From assembly GCF_009914755.1 (NCBI RefSeq), contig NC_060926.1: a stretch of 64,000 bases of DNA. The stretch is one strand, 5' to 3'. The position numbers and the translations under genes were made by a program. The notes beneath the pieces were generated by a model. The model was not told the origin of the DNA, made no database searches, and worked only from the letters and a program-made list of their open reading frames with translations. Each line of letters opens with the position of its first letter. Position 1 is the first letter of the stretch. Shown here piece by piece: positions 41,207 through 54,787 of this stretch. The stretch comes from the human T2T-CHM13v2.0 reference genome, Homo sapiens.

Positions 41207-42049
41207 GTTTTAAATATAATAAATAGAAAAATATCCTCCTAGCATGACATGGAGCAAAACTTATTTTTTCATTTTTCAAAAACATGAAACCTTACAATTT
41301 TGCAGATTTCCATTAAAATAAGAGATCTAGTCAATCTCTCCAAGGTGAACACCAATATCCCTGTGGTTTAAGCTGCATTTATCAGATTTGTGATATTACA
41401 CATACAGAACGCTAATAGCAAGACTATGCGGATATGTACATTAACTTATTAGAAAACATTTCCTGATCTTTCTTATACCTTCATTAATTCAAAATAAGAC
41501 CTTTACTCACTAATTAATTTAAGAAAAGAAGTAAGAGCCTAAATGAGATTCTTATAAAAGCCTTATTTGAGCAGGATGAGGAACTTTCTATAATTTTGAA
41601 ATAGCATTCAGGGGTAAGTTTTTAATAATAAAAAAACCCAAACAAATCTCAATTGGTCTTCTTTGATAGCTGAATTGTCTTGGCTGAGGGTAGATACATA
41701 TTTGATTGATACCAGTTGACATTAGTAATGAAAGTCCTTTAGTTAGGGGACAGTGTGAGGGTCTGAGAGTCCCTGGAAGGCAAGTAGGCTATCTAAATTT
41801 TTACCCTGTGGTTGGCCATGTACAGACTAAGAAAGAAGGTAGAGCCTTTCCTACGTGAAAACTGGTAACTTTTCCTTTGTCATGAAGAATTTGAAGTGCA
41901 GATAGGAGGACAGGATGTTGAACAGACTGGGCTGAAATAGGGTTTCTTTAGACAATTGATACAGGAAGTTGGGGGCTATTTTTTTTAAATAACTATTTCT
42001 TTGGAGATGGTGGGATTTAATGATTTTGATTGATTTTTCTTGTGCTTAT

Positions 42050-42450
42050 CAATATCTGATTCTTCTCACTTTGGCACATAGAAGATTGCATGTCTTAGGC
42101 TTCTTGCAATAGGGAGGTGATATATGACTGGTACTGGCCAATGGTTTTGTGAGTATAACTGATGTTACCTTAAGGCTAAAGTGTAGAAGAGTATGTGTAA
42201 TGTAGCCAGGTGCTTTTTTCTTATACATCAGTAACTTCCAGGACTTCCTATGGAGGCAGCATGGCCTCAAAATAAAAGGAACCTAGATTCTCCAAATTAT
42301 TGTATGGGAAACAATTGCCCTGGAGTGCTGCCGAACTCAGAACAGAATTTGCATAAATGAGAAATAAACCTTGGTCATACCGACACACTGAGGTTGTGGG
42401 ACTATTTGTTACCACAGCCTAGTTTTATTCACTAGTAAAATAACCTACTA
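42050..42450 (+). mobile_element. Old MLT1 (H/I-like) MaLR LTR
   Basis: gagaaataaacct ... cactgagg ... tttgttaccacagcctag. Confidence 0.65.
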
Positions 42451-42614
42451 ATACTGTCTTGGTTGGCTTGATTTTGTACTTGAAATAAAACAGATTATGA
42501 AAAGACTGGTTAAATTAGTAGAGACAAACTATTTCTTTGTATCCATTTATTAATTTGTTCAATAACTCAGCAAAATATGGAATACAGATTATACTCCAAT
42601 CACTGTACTGTGCT

Positions 42615-42880
42615 GAGGGAAGCATAGTATTACGGTTACTAGCATGTGCTATGCAGTCACTGCCTGAGTTTGAATCTTGGTTCGTCCATGGGTGGGCTGT
42701 GTGATTATTGCCAAGTTTTTAACCTTCCTGTGCTTTAGTTTATTTCTTTACTTGTAAAACAGTGATTATATTAGTCCCTACCTTACAGAGTTTTGTGAAG
42801 TAAAAAGGAGATAATATATGTAAAGCGCTTGGCACTGTGCTCCACTAAGTAAATTTTCGAGTGCATTGATTGTTATTAGT
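42615..42880 (+). mobile_element. MIR SINE
   Basis: ctgcctgagtttgaatcttgg ... aatatatgtaaagcgcttggcactgtgc. Confidence 0.75.
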
Positions 42881-42928
42881 GAGACTACCAAAATCTAGAA
42901 GTAAAATACCATTTATACTAGTAATTCA

Positions 42929-43810
42929 TGTATTGGATTTTTATTACTGCCATAACGAATTACCACACACTTAACACACATTTGTTATTGCACAGTTCTA
43001 CAGACCAGGTTTCTATGTTGGCATGGCTTGTTTCTTTTTCTTTTCTTTCTTTCTTTCTTTTTTTTTTTTTGAGGCAGATCTCACTGCAACCTCCATCTCC
43101 CAGGGTCAAGCAATTCTCCTGCCTCAACCTCCGAAGTAGCGAGGATTACAGGCGTGCACCACCATGCCTGGCTAATTTTTATATTTTTAGTAGAGATGGG
43201 GTTTCAGCATGTTGGCCAGGTTGGTCTCAAACTCCTGATCTCAAGTGATCTGCCTGCTTTCGGCTCCCAAAGAGCTGGAATTACAGGTGTGAGTCACCGT
43301 GCCTGGCCACTGGCTGGTTTCTCTGTGGCAAGTTTTACAAGGCTAAAATCAATGTGTTGACCAGTTATCCGGGGGCTCCTGGAAGAATCTGCTCCCAAGA
43401 TCATCCGGTTGTTGGCAGAATCTAGTTCCTTGCAGTTGTAGGACTGAAATTCTTCTTTCTTTGCTGACTGTCAGCTGGGTCTGCCCTTTGCTCCTAGAGG
43501 CCTCACTGAGCCTGTGACTGCCTCCATCCCAGAGTGAGGGACAGTGCAGCAAATCTTTCTCATACTTAGAACCTCTTTGACTTCTCTCACCTTATCACTC
43601 TTCTGCCTCCAGCTGGAGAACGTACTCAGCTTTTAAGGGCTCATGTGATTCAATTGGGTCCACCCAGATAATCCAAGATGATTTCCCTACTTTAAGGTTT
43701 TTAACCTTAATTATATCTGCAAAGTCCCTTTTGCTATATAATGTAGCATCTTCACATGTTCTAGGGATGAGGGCATGGACATCTTTGGGGGACAATAATG
43801 TGGCCTGCAC
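42929..43810 (-). mobile_element. MLT1D MaLR LTR interrupted by an Alu
   Basis: tgtatt...ctgccataacgaattaccac ... ttttaagggctcatgtgatt ... ctgcaaagtcccttttgc ... ggacatctttggggg. Confidence 0.85.
43031..43308 (-). mobile_element. AluS/J SINE with a deletion near the tail
   Basis: Poly-T then gaggcagatctcactgcaacc; TSD-like tggcttgtttct / tggctggtttct. Confidence 0.88.
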
Positions 43811-43869
43811 AGTTTCCCTGGGTCCGTAATCTACCTTTTCCTGATTTTAGTAAATATACTACTACATTA

Positions 43870-44100
43870 TTGAGTGCTTTCTGTGTGCTAGGTAATAAAT
43901 GACATGTCTCTAGCTCTCTAACTTTCTATTTAATTTCCCAGAGTACTGCAAACAAGTTCTTAATTTTTTTCATTTTTAAAGAAAAGGAACTGATGCTTGG
44001 AAAGATGATTGAATTTGACCAGGTTACAGATTTACATAACTGATAAATGGAAGCAGAGGGATTCCAAACCAGGTCTGTCTGACTGCACCCTTTGGAACTT
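43870..44100 (-). mobile_element. MIR fragment
   Basis: tattgagtgctttctgtgtgctagg ... ccaggtctgtctgact. Confidence 0.6.
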
Positions 44101-44359
44101 TGACTACACTACGTGTCCATAATGGCCACTGGGGCCCCTCTCAACATCTTGGCTTAGTCCACTGTGTAAGACCAATGGGTTCCCAAACAGGCAGTGTTCA
44201 ATAAATAAAGCTATGTTCTATTTTCTAGAGCCATCTAAATACTCATGTGTCCAGAGACACAAACTTATTTTGGCAGTCTCTGGTGCTTTGGGTCAACATA
44301 AGAAGGGGAGGTGGGATGGTGCCAGCACCTAGGAGATAGACATTGTTCACATTACAATA

Positions 44360-44600
44360 ATGATAAAAATAGCTGATATTTATAGAGAATCAATTATGCA
44401 CTGGGCACTGTGCTAAGCACTTTATGTGGAGCCTCAGAACTCATTTAATTCTCAAAACAAGTTTATGAGATTTATGAGATAGATGCTGTCTTCACATCCA
44501 TTTTACAGTGCGTGAAATTGAAGTACAGATTGCTTATGTAACTTACTTAAGATCTCACAGCTACAAAGTGGCAACACTAGGGCTTGAACCCAAGCCCTAG
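44360..44600 (-). mobile_element. MIR SINE
   Basis: ggcactgtgctaagcactttat ... ctcatttaattctca ... ccattttacag. Confidence 0.75.
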
Positions 44601-47254
44601 AGCTCCCTTATATTTTAGTATTAGCAAGAAATAGTAGTCTCCAGATTCTTATGCTTTGGGTTGTACTATAACTATTTGTCATTCTCCTCTTCTCTGTCCT
44701 CCAGTAAAGTTGCTAACAAGAGGGTCTGTAGTCAGGACTGGGGCTAAGGCTAGTGGCAGGGGGCAGTAAGAGAATAAAGCAGAATGTAAGTGGTGACCTT
44801 GTCTCTGGATTAGAGAGTGGCATTTAGCCTGCTAGCTCCTCTCCCCAACATGGGAGTAAGTGAGGCCCCAAGGATGGGAGAGCTTGGGTCACTATAATAA
44901 ACCACAGAATGAAGAGAGGTCCTTCTCTGATGCTACCCTGACACCACATTCAGCCACCATTTCAGATGGTTGCCCTTCCCCAAACCAGAACACTTCATCT
45001 GTGAGCATGGGTTTTGTGTCATTATAAACGACACTTCTTTTCCTTTCCAGATTGTTGTGCTATGCAACTGCTTTTCCTGACCTTTATTCTTTTCTCCTTC
45101 AAAAGTAGTGACATGATAAAGCATATTCTTCAGAGTCTGTGTGCACTTTTACTTATTTATTTTTTTGTCCTGATTTGGGTTCCTTCCACAAATATCTTGA
45201 AAATATAGTCTTACATATGTGACTGTTTTAAAATACTTTTAAATAAAGTTGTAAAAAATGATAAAGAGTTCTGTCTGTGTATGTATGTGTGTGGTTGAAA
45301 AGCTCTCGGCCATAAATTAATAGAACATAAAATACAGTTTTGAAATCATTTTACATTGGTGAAAAATTATGTGGTCATAATGACAGAATTGACTTGTTAT
45401 TTTTTTATACCATAGATCAAAGCTGTAATAGTGATATTGGGGCTGAATTGAGACTTGCGAGTTTGCATGGTAATAGCCAAATAACTCAAAAGAAACACAA
45501 ATGATTCACATCCTTCTGTGGACTAACATTCCCTTGAAAAGCTGTTTTAACTTAACAATGAAAAACAATGACAATTAAAATGTGCTCTTAATTATTGGGC
45601 TAGAAACATAAATATAATTGTCCTTACTTGCTTTCTTCTTTAAGAGCTACAAATATCTTAAAAGATATAACTTATTATACCACATTTTACGGCCTTTAAT
45701 CTAAACTGCAATACTTTTATTCTGAGTTTCCCATGGCTACATGGGATATTATTTAATTTAACATCACACAGCAAAATATGAACTTCAAATGACAGATAAT
45801 CTTGCAAGATTTTATTTGCTTTCATTAATTTAAAAGGAAACTCTTTGTGATATAAAAGTGGTTCTTAAATTCCTGCCAATTAAAAAAGCACACTAGAAAA
45901 CTCATCTCAAATATAATCGAAATGTAACTCTCAACAGCTGAAAGCTGCCATTTGGAGAACTTTGATGAGGCTGTAGAGGTGGAATCAATTCACCTTTTGA
46001 CAGCAATAGAAATGTGGCTCAGAAGTTTTCAAGTTGTAAGGTATGTTCTGGTTTTATTTTAAAATGGAAAACTGTCAACTTATTTTACAAATGGACTTAT
46101 ATTCAATTTTAAGTTATCCTTTGTCTAATGTTGATGCAAATGTTACTTTTTCTTTTCCAACATTTATGATGGATTATTAGATCAACAAGGGCTGGCCTAG
46201 TAATTGAACAAAACCTAAACCACTACTTGAAACAAGCATATTTGGGATTTTTAATAGACCTTTGGAGTTTAATGAACAGTTGTTCAGTCTTGCTGCAGTC
46301 TTCATGAAACAAGAAGTTTGGATTTGTTGTTTATAAAACAATTGCAGGCTGAGAATACTGTTGCAGTTTTCAGCAAAGCTTAATACCATTCTAGTATGTA
46401 GCAACATTATCACAGGGAAGTCCCTAAAGAGGCTCTAAAACTATTTAGTAAGCTGTTCAGAGACAAAATTTTCCCATATCATTTTCTTCATATTCTTAGC
46501 TCCATATTTAATACAGCACTAGATACTTAACACCTATTGACTTAATAATTTATTAAAGACTAGTGGTTGATAGAAACGCCACCAACAGAAAATGAAATCA
46601 TTCATTCATCCATCCAACAAATAATAATTGTGTTAAACCTTGGCTGAGAGCTGGAGATGCAGCAATAAGCAAACTAGATAGGGTCTTTGCTCTCATGGAG
46701 CTTATAGGCAAAGAAACCAAATTTCCTCTGTTTATGGGAAACATTTTCTATTGGGCCTAATAGCAGTAATTTTGAAATAAAATCTCCAGTTATTAGATAA
46801 ACTCTTGTTGCTGATTTCAAGCTTAGTTATATTTTTGTAATGTCAAATACTGACTAGTAATAGCCATACACTGCTATTTTTTTTGCTTACTCTACTGGAG
46901 TTCTTCGAAAATTAACAGATGATTATAAAACACTATGCATGTGCTTACCAGTATATCATGTCTGGGATTAGCTCTCCTTCACTACTATCTTTTTAGCCTT
47001 ACCTGTTTAACAAACTAGACAAGCTTACCTGTTTAACAAGCAAAATCCAAACCATAGGTCTTGGTTTCTACTTATGCTCAGGGGGAAATGTTATGAAATA
47101 TTCTTAAATTCTTCCCTTCTGGCCTCTGCCAGGACTTTTTATTGGTTACATAAGCTCTGTGTGATAAGGACTCCTGCCCTGATCAATGTGAGCAGCCTGG
47201 CAGTGATTAGCATAATCATTAGCACACTGATAAAATTACAAAATTGCATTTGTA

Positions 47255-47410
47255 TACATTATGTGCTTTGCATTGTGCTAAGCATTTTACATGCATTATT
47301 AAATTTAACTTTTAAGATAACTCTATGAAGTGGCTATTGTCACTCACATTTTACAGAAGAGAAAACTGAGCACGGAGAGGTAACTTGACCAAGATCGCAA
47401 AGCTAGAAAA
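47255..47410 (-). mobile_element. MIR fragment
   Basis: cattgtgctaagcattttacatgcattat ... ttttacagaagagaaaactgag. Confidence 0.7.
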
Positions 47411-47852
47411 AGTTAGAGAAATACGTGAACTTCAGAGATGATGCTCATTATCACGTAATCACCTCTTGCTTGTTGAGGGAACAAGACTTAGGGAATGTTC
47501 CTCTCACCTGTTGATTCTGTTAATTCCAGCATTCTAAACAAAGTCATTTTTAGGTTTTTTTTTTTCCTCTGTCCTCTTTCACTATAGCTCCAAGAGATCA
47601 AGTGAGGTTAAAATTCAACTCACTAAGTTCTGAAATCAGCAATTTTTAAACCGGAAACTAATACAGCCATAAAATAAATTTAAAGAGTAAAAGCCTCTCA
47701 AAATAACTATAGGGATAACAATATAAACTTATAAAACAGGGCTAACTAACATAACTGTCTGAAACATCCAAGAGATACAAATAATGATAAAGGAACTTCC
47801 AACATTTTTATTTCCTTCTCTGTCACTGTCCAAGTTTTTAAGTGACTTCTGA

Positions 47853-47905
47853 CATGTGTGTGTGTGTCTGTGTGTGTGTGTGTGTCTGTGTGTGCGTGTG
47901 TGTGT
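47853..47905. repeat. Interrupted (GT)n microsatellite
   Basis: Direct reading. Confidence 0.9.
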
Positions 47906-50900
47906 AGTTCTGTGCACAAAACACGAGCATTTAGGTCCTCATGCTGTGAAAGTGGAAAAGTTAGCTAGGATTTTCTTCATAAGAATTTTACAATAGGATG
48001 AGAATGTAACAAACCTTGAATAGAACGTCTCTTCTTGATTTCAATAAGCTGTATTTGTGAGAAGCATAATAATGTCTTCATCTGCTGGAAAGATATGTTC
48101 AAATGTAATGGCATAATGACTCTTGAATTTGACTATGAAGATAGAAAAATCTATTATAGTGGTGTCATGCCCTGATAGTATGGCTCTGTCTCTAGACACA
48201 TTCATTACCTGCATCTGTGACCAAACTATTGGACAAAAAGAGATTTTTTAGAAGTTTTAACTTGATGCACGGGATAGTGAGTGTTCTTTTACAGATTTTT
48301 TTTTTTTTTTTTTTTTTTTTTGTGTGGGGAGGGGAAGGCAGTCAATGATTTCCAGCTAAAGCAACTTCAGGTTCTTAGAGATGGGTACTTTACAACTGTG
48401 TTGTCCTAGATGGGTCCTTTGAGAAGGAGCAAAGCAAGGAGTATGCTGGTCTGCTCTAAAGATACGTCTGCAAATAGACATAACCTATTAACTCATGTTG
48501 GAGGTGCCAAACACTATGATTTTAGTGGCTCTTGGCATGGAAATTTAAGAAGCTCTGTGGCCAAAGAGCTTTACAAATGCCACTATGGGTGCTGATCAAT
48601 ACTAGTGCTTTTAAAATGACATGTTGTGCTTTTTCTCCTACAGAGAAGAGTTGCATCTGATTCAGTGTCATCTGGGGGTAGGGCGAAGGAGGCAGCTTTT
48701 TGCCTAGAAGAACTTTTCAGATAAACATAGAGAGAATTTCTGAACATAAGCCCCAGAGGGCTCCTGTGCCCCCACACTGAAGTTCTTGTTCTGATGATGC
48801 CATTTACCCTTTTGTGGTGAAGCTTGAGCTTTAAGAGCAAAACATAACTGTACCTTCTTGTCTTGCTTTAGACCAAACTTCAGGACATATTAATATCAGA
48901 GACTGTTTAAACAGAGCAATAAAACAACACACTACTTTAACTAAACCCAGCTTGCAGGCTAATTTTAAGGCAGCCGGGTTGGAGGAAGCCCATGCATTAA
49001 TTTACTCTAATAGCAATGGGGGGAAGGAGGGGAAAGAGGTTGAAAGGCATTGTTAGAAAAAAAAAAAAAGAAAACCAAGAACTCGTGCTCAATTTCTTTC
49101 TGTCTTTTTTTTAGGTGTTTAACACTTGTACAATTTGGTCAAATTATGGGCAGGACAGCAAGAGAAGCTAGTCAGTTTTAAAAGACAGAGAGCGTGTGAG
49201 ACAGGACATGATTACTTTGCTGAATCTCCACTTTTTTTTTTCTTCCAAAAGAGACAAAGGGAAGTACTTAAGAACCAATAGTGATGGCAAGGAAGCAATC
49301 ATTGAGTTGCAGGATACCTTTGTCTCTAGGGGCACGCAGTAATTTTTCCATGTCTGCCACTGAGTGTCAAACCTTTTCTTTTCTTTTTCTTTCTATTCTG
49401 GATGGCCAAACTGATTATCTAAAATAGAAAATTAGCACACAATGGGTTTACTCTGCGATACCCCTCATGCAACTAATGGCAAAGCTTGTTAATTGGTTGT
49501 AAATGCCAGCAGGTTGCCAGGATAATACTTCAGAAATAAGCGGGTATTCTGATAATTACAGCAATCTTCATCTATAAAAGCTTAAGTAGATGAAGTAGTG
49601 GCTGGCTTAAAACCAAGATTTATCCCGCTGCACTCACATTAAAAGAAAAAATAAGATGAAAACAATAATGTAACAAAACAATTATGTAGCAGGAAGCTTT
49701 GTAGGTTTTAGAGATTGTGAAAACTCAGAAAGTAAAACAGTGCTGTAATAACCAGTTATGGAAAAATAGGCCATTTACATTTGTGTATAATTAAATAGTA
49801 GGCTATGCAATTTCACTTTTTAAAGTAAACTGCCTTTTCCTTTTTTATAGGGCAGCGTAGCCATAATTGCTGCATTAAAGCTTTAATGAAAGAAAAAAGC
49901 AGCAGATCAAGATGACATGTAACGTCTACATTTGTATCGTGGCGCTTTGCTTGTTTAGTAATGGGAAGCTACTGAGATTAAAATTGCAGAATTCTTCATA
50001 GTTTGTTCTAAAATTGCTATAGGAAGATCATTCAGGGTCTAAAATACACACAATTTATTTTTCCACCTTCAATCTGCAAGAATTTAATGGCTTTCATAAC
50101 TAGTAGTAGGTGGTTGGAGATATGTTTTATATTAGAGAGAGAACTACTTCAGATCATAAAAATTATCAAAAGTGAATAGATCATCAGAATTTAAACCTTA
50201 AGGGACTTCCTTGGTACATTAGAATATTGTGCCACATATTATATTATAGTTAGTGTTTAACTTGGTGCAGTATAAGGAGTTTTCTTATTCAAAATATCAA
50301 CAGGTTGGTTTATAACATATATCCTTTATATTTTGCAGTTTCTTTATCACTTCATTAACATTAGGAACTGGTGCAAAAGCCAGTCAATTCACATAGAAGA
50401 AGGTAATGTTCCGGTAAGCTGTTAATTGGCATGTGAGCTGATTTACTTTATTATACATATTTTTAAAGCAATAGTCTCTCCTGTGAGCATCTTTCTCATA
50501 AGTTAGATATATTCTTCAGGTGTTATGCTCCGTATAGGTTGACTATGTTTTCTGTAAACCATCCCTGGCAAATAATGTAAGCAGAGATTGGAAACCTTCA
50601 TTATATGTTACAGTACTGAGCACAGGGTATGAAAACATGCTAAAAACACACCAGGCAAAAGAGACAGCAGAATACCAAGGATATTAGTGCCAGTGGCGGG
50701 AGAGAGAGGCTTTTTTTTTTTTTTTTTTTTTTTTTTACATTTATATAAAACCTACATGATCTTATTCTTCCTTTTGTAAAGAGAAGAATGCAAAAACGAC
50801 TACTTGTAAAACAGAACCTAAGAATGGACACTATAATATAAAGGCCTAGAATTCTGGCTTTTTGGGTTTTCACTTTAAGAAAGTGACTCAATTGCTCCAG

Positions 50901-53796
50901 GGTTTTGTTTTGGTGTTGGTTTCTCACAGGGCTGATGAAAGGCATCTTTATCTATGTGCAGTTCTTCTGGTATAAAAACTTTAAATACATAGCCTCCTGG
51001 AGTGACTGGCTTCCTCACAGTAATCAGAATATGGCACTGGCATCCTGGCTGGAAGCGCGGGTAAGCAGAGCTCGGAAGGGCCGTGGCACCCAGGAAACAG
51101 AGCAAGTGCCAGGCAGAGCAGCCTGGGTTGGGATGGGAATGTCACCATCTCACAAAGAGCATCTGCAGCCACTTTTTGTGAGAATACTACCTGAAAAGGA
51201 GGCAAGGGGAGGGGAAAGGAAAAAGAAGGGTTTTTAGAATACACGTGGAAGAAGGGATACCCTTCTACCCCAAAGTCCATCGGGTAAAAGAAGTGAGCCC
51301 GTTACCTGTGCTTGGCTGCCTCCTTCATCCTGTGCAGACTTGATGTGAGAGGACTGGCCCCATACCCTCCCCAACCAGTAATTCATGTCTCTTCACGGCT
51401 GGCAGTTGTTGCAGCACTTAAGATGGGCACATAAGGCATTTTGTTTTAGGCGAACTGAATTAAGATGTTTTCTTTAATCTACATCTTTACATGTGATTTG
51501 AACAAGCAGAGAAAATAGCAGAGAGAGCATTTCTTTCCAACTAGCTTGAAACTGGCAGTTTTTTTTTTGGGAACTGGGTAGGTGGGGGGCAGGAGGTAAG
51601 CTTGCAAAGGAAGAAAAACTAAACAAATAAAGCAAACTATTCAGAATTAGAAATAGTAGGGGCTGGGGAGGAGCAGGAGAGGGGAGTGGGAAGCATAATA
51701 ATCCAGGACTGTCTTTTGTTTGACTACCTGAGACCTTGGACACAACTACCTGTATATGTTGAAATTTTATTGACAGGCCTGGTGAGGCAGGCATCGTAAA
51801 ATACATCATCTCTACATTCATGGAGGGAAAACTTTTTGAAAAGATAAAAAAAATCTTAAATCAAACAAAAGCAAGGGCACATAAGATAATTTTCTTGCCA
51901 ATGTAAGAACTTGTGGAAATTATGCATCTAATATATTTTTACATTTTTTGAAGGAAAGAAAACCATTTCTCTTAAGTCTGTTTTGTGGCTGGCCTAAATT
52001 CTGTATTATACTTAATGGTGCGGCATAGTTTTCCCCAGGGTAGTGAAAGGCCCATGTGACTTTCCTGAAAGACAAATAAAAATAAACTAGGTAGAGAATA
52101 CGGTGCTTTACAGTTTTGTCTTTCATATACATGGTGAACATTATCTTTTTCTTGGATGCTTTAATACTATCTTGGTTTAAGTTACCCATTCTTGAAGGGC
52201 CATTCAAAATCTCTGACATTTTTGACATCTTTGAGAATTGTTCAATATATGAGCCATGTGCATAACTCGATCAACTTCTATTTGAACTTCTTTATGCTAC
52301 CAGCATATATTTTTTTCTGTCACTTATGCTTTGGCGAAGTACACATTGCACAGAATAGGTATTTGAGAAATATTTCTGAATGAATTATTTTTAACTCAAG
52401 AGTGGAATGTTTGTGCTGCTTTTCAGGGTTTTAATGATGAACATATTAAATTGATAAGCATTTTTAAGACATATTTCCAAGTCAGTTTGAGAGGCTAGTA
52501 CTTAAAAGGCAAAGTTCTTTGGCTAGAATTTTCTCCTAGGAGAGAAGCATACTCTACATGCATACAGAAAGTATAGTATGCCATCCTGATAGCATTTCTT
52601 GTGAATCGTGTGTTCATCCTAACAGTGAACATTTTCTCTGTTTCTGTGTCAGTTGTCACTAATCAGTTATACATCTGATGTGCAGATCCATCAGGAAATA
52701 GAATTTAAGTCATTTTGGCTTTAGCACATATGATATGCTTGTACAGGAGTTTACCAAAGCCCCTTTTGATACATTTTCAGAAGGGGGACGTGCATATGTT
52801 ATGGTACCTCTACAGCAGCACTGACTGAACTAGCTGACAAGTGACAGGAGGGTTTTTTCCCTCTTTGGTATTTCATGAAAGTGTGCACAAATCATAACAA
52901 GTTGCCTCTCTTTCAATAAGACAGGGAACATTTCCCTTAAAGCACACATGGCTATATGGTGTGTTTGTGTACATGAAAATTCATGCTGCTATCAATTTTA
53001 ATTTTGCCATTTTTGTTGTTTTTAAATTTCAGGTTTGAAGTTTTTGAAGAGGCTTAAATAATCACTTTCAATTTTGTCTTGACTGATTTTTGAAGAACTC
53101 TACCAAAGCCTTAATGGAAAACTAAAGTTCTTCACCACTGAGAAGACAAGCTTGTTAAATAGTAGACACCAACCGTATGTCAGAGAGTCCCATGTTAGAT
53201 GATACAAAGCAGGCCATGTCTCACAATAATCTGTCTGAATTTTGACCCGTGCTTTAAAGCAGTATTAACAGCAGCAACAATAAAAATAAAAACCCTTGCC
53301 TTGCTGTTTCTTCCTAGGTGCAGGGTACTAAGCTCTGTGTTATAGGAAATTTTGTGAGAACTATCACAGTAGCCTCTCCAGTTTAATGCAAGTAAAGCAG
53401 ACTGGTGGAATGCAGAGGAAGTGGGTTTTGAAGTCAGTAAGATCTGGGTTCAAATCCAGCCTTTAACACTTACGAGCTGTATTTTTGCCCTGGGTCTCAG
53501 GATCCTCTAAAATAAGGATCCTGTTGTGAGGGACCAATGCTTAAATCACCTACTATATTATTTGGCACACAAGAGATGCTTAAAAAACTTTATTCTTTTG
53601 AGCTCACTGCTCCTTCCTGACCTCAGAATAGCAAGGGACTCCATATAATTCTTTCTAAATAAGTGCCAATCTGTTTTTTCAGGTAAAGTAAGATCTTTAG
53701 CAGATAGGTTTCTGGATTCATAGAAGCTGACATCTGAGATAAGCGCCAGTAAAATGATCTGCTCCAAATAACTAATTAACTACCATATTTGTTATG

Positions 53797-54198
53797 CAGT
53801 CATGCACTACATAATGATGGATCGGTCAATGATGGATTGTATTTAAGAAGGTGGTCACGTAAGATTATAATAGAGCTGAAAAACCCTCACTGCTTGGTGA
53901 TGTCATATCTGTCATAACATTATAGTGCTATGTGTTACCTTTTCTGTCTTTAGATATGTTTAGATACACAAACACTTGCCATTGTATTACAATTGCCTGC
54001 AGTGTTCAGTATAGGAGTGTGCTATACAGGTTTGTAGCCCAGAAGCAATAGGCTAGACCACATAGTCTAGGTGTGTAGCAGGCTGTATTGTCTAGGTTTG
54101 TGTAAGTACACTCTATGATCTTTGCACAATGACAAAATCGCCTAATGACACATTTCTCAGAACCTATCCTCATCATTATGCCATGCATAATTATTGTG
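53797..54198. mobile_element. Tigger3a-like non-autonomous DNA transposon
   Basis: cagtcatgc start; shares tgtttagatacacaaa, gtgtaagtacact and cctaatgacacatttctcagaa with the element at 10410-11612. Confidence 0.85.
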
Positions 54199-54222
54199 TA
54201 TATATATTCATATATACAGACA

Positions 54223-54273
<51 letters not shown>

Positions 54274-54497
54274 TATATATATATAAATATATATTCCTTT
54301 TTTTTGGTCAGCAAATATATATGTATATATGTATACATATATGTATGTATGTGAGTGTATCTATACACACACATATATGTATATATGTATACATATATGT
54401 ATGTATGTGAGTGTATCTATACACACACATATATACATATATGTACCTATATACACATATATACATATATACACACACACAGATATATATATATATA
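54198..54497. repeat. Complex (TA)/(CA)/(TATG) microsatellite containing a 56-bp tandem duplication
   Basis: gtgagtgtatctatac at 54351 and 54407. Confidence 0.9.

Positions 54498-54787
<290 letters not shown>

Noticed and set aside
50710-50760. Isolated long poly-T (also 48295-48321) as a possible processed-pseudogene tail
   Set aside because: No TSD, no canonical AATAAA at a proper distance and no adjacent coding similarity
53498-53523. 9-bp inverted repeat caggatcct / aggatcctg
   Set aside because: The core is itself the palindrome ggatcc and the loop is 8 nt, so it is within chance
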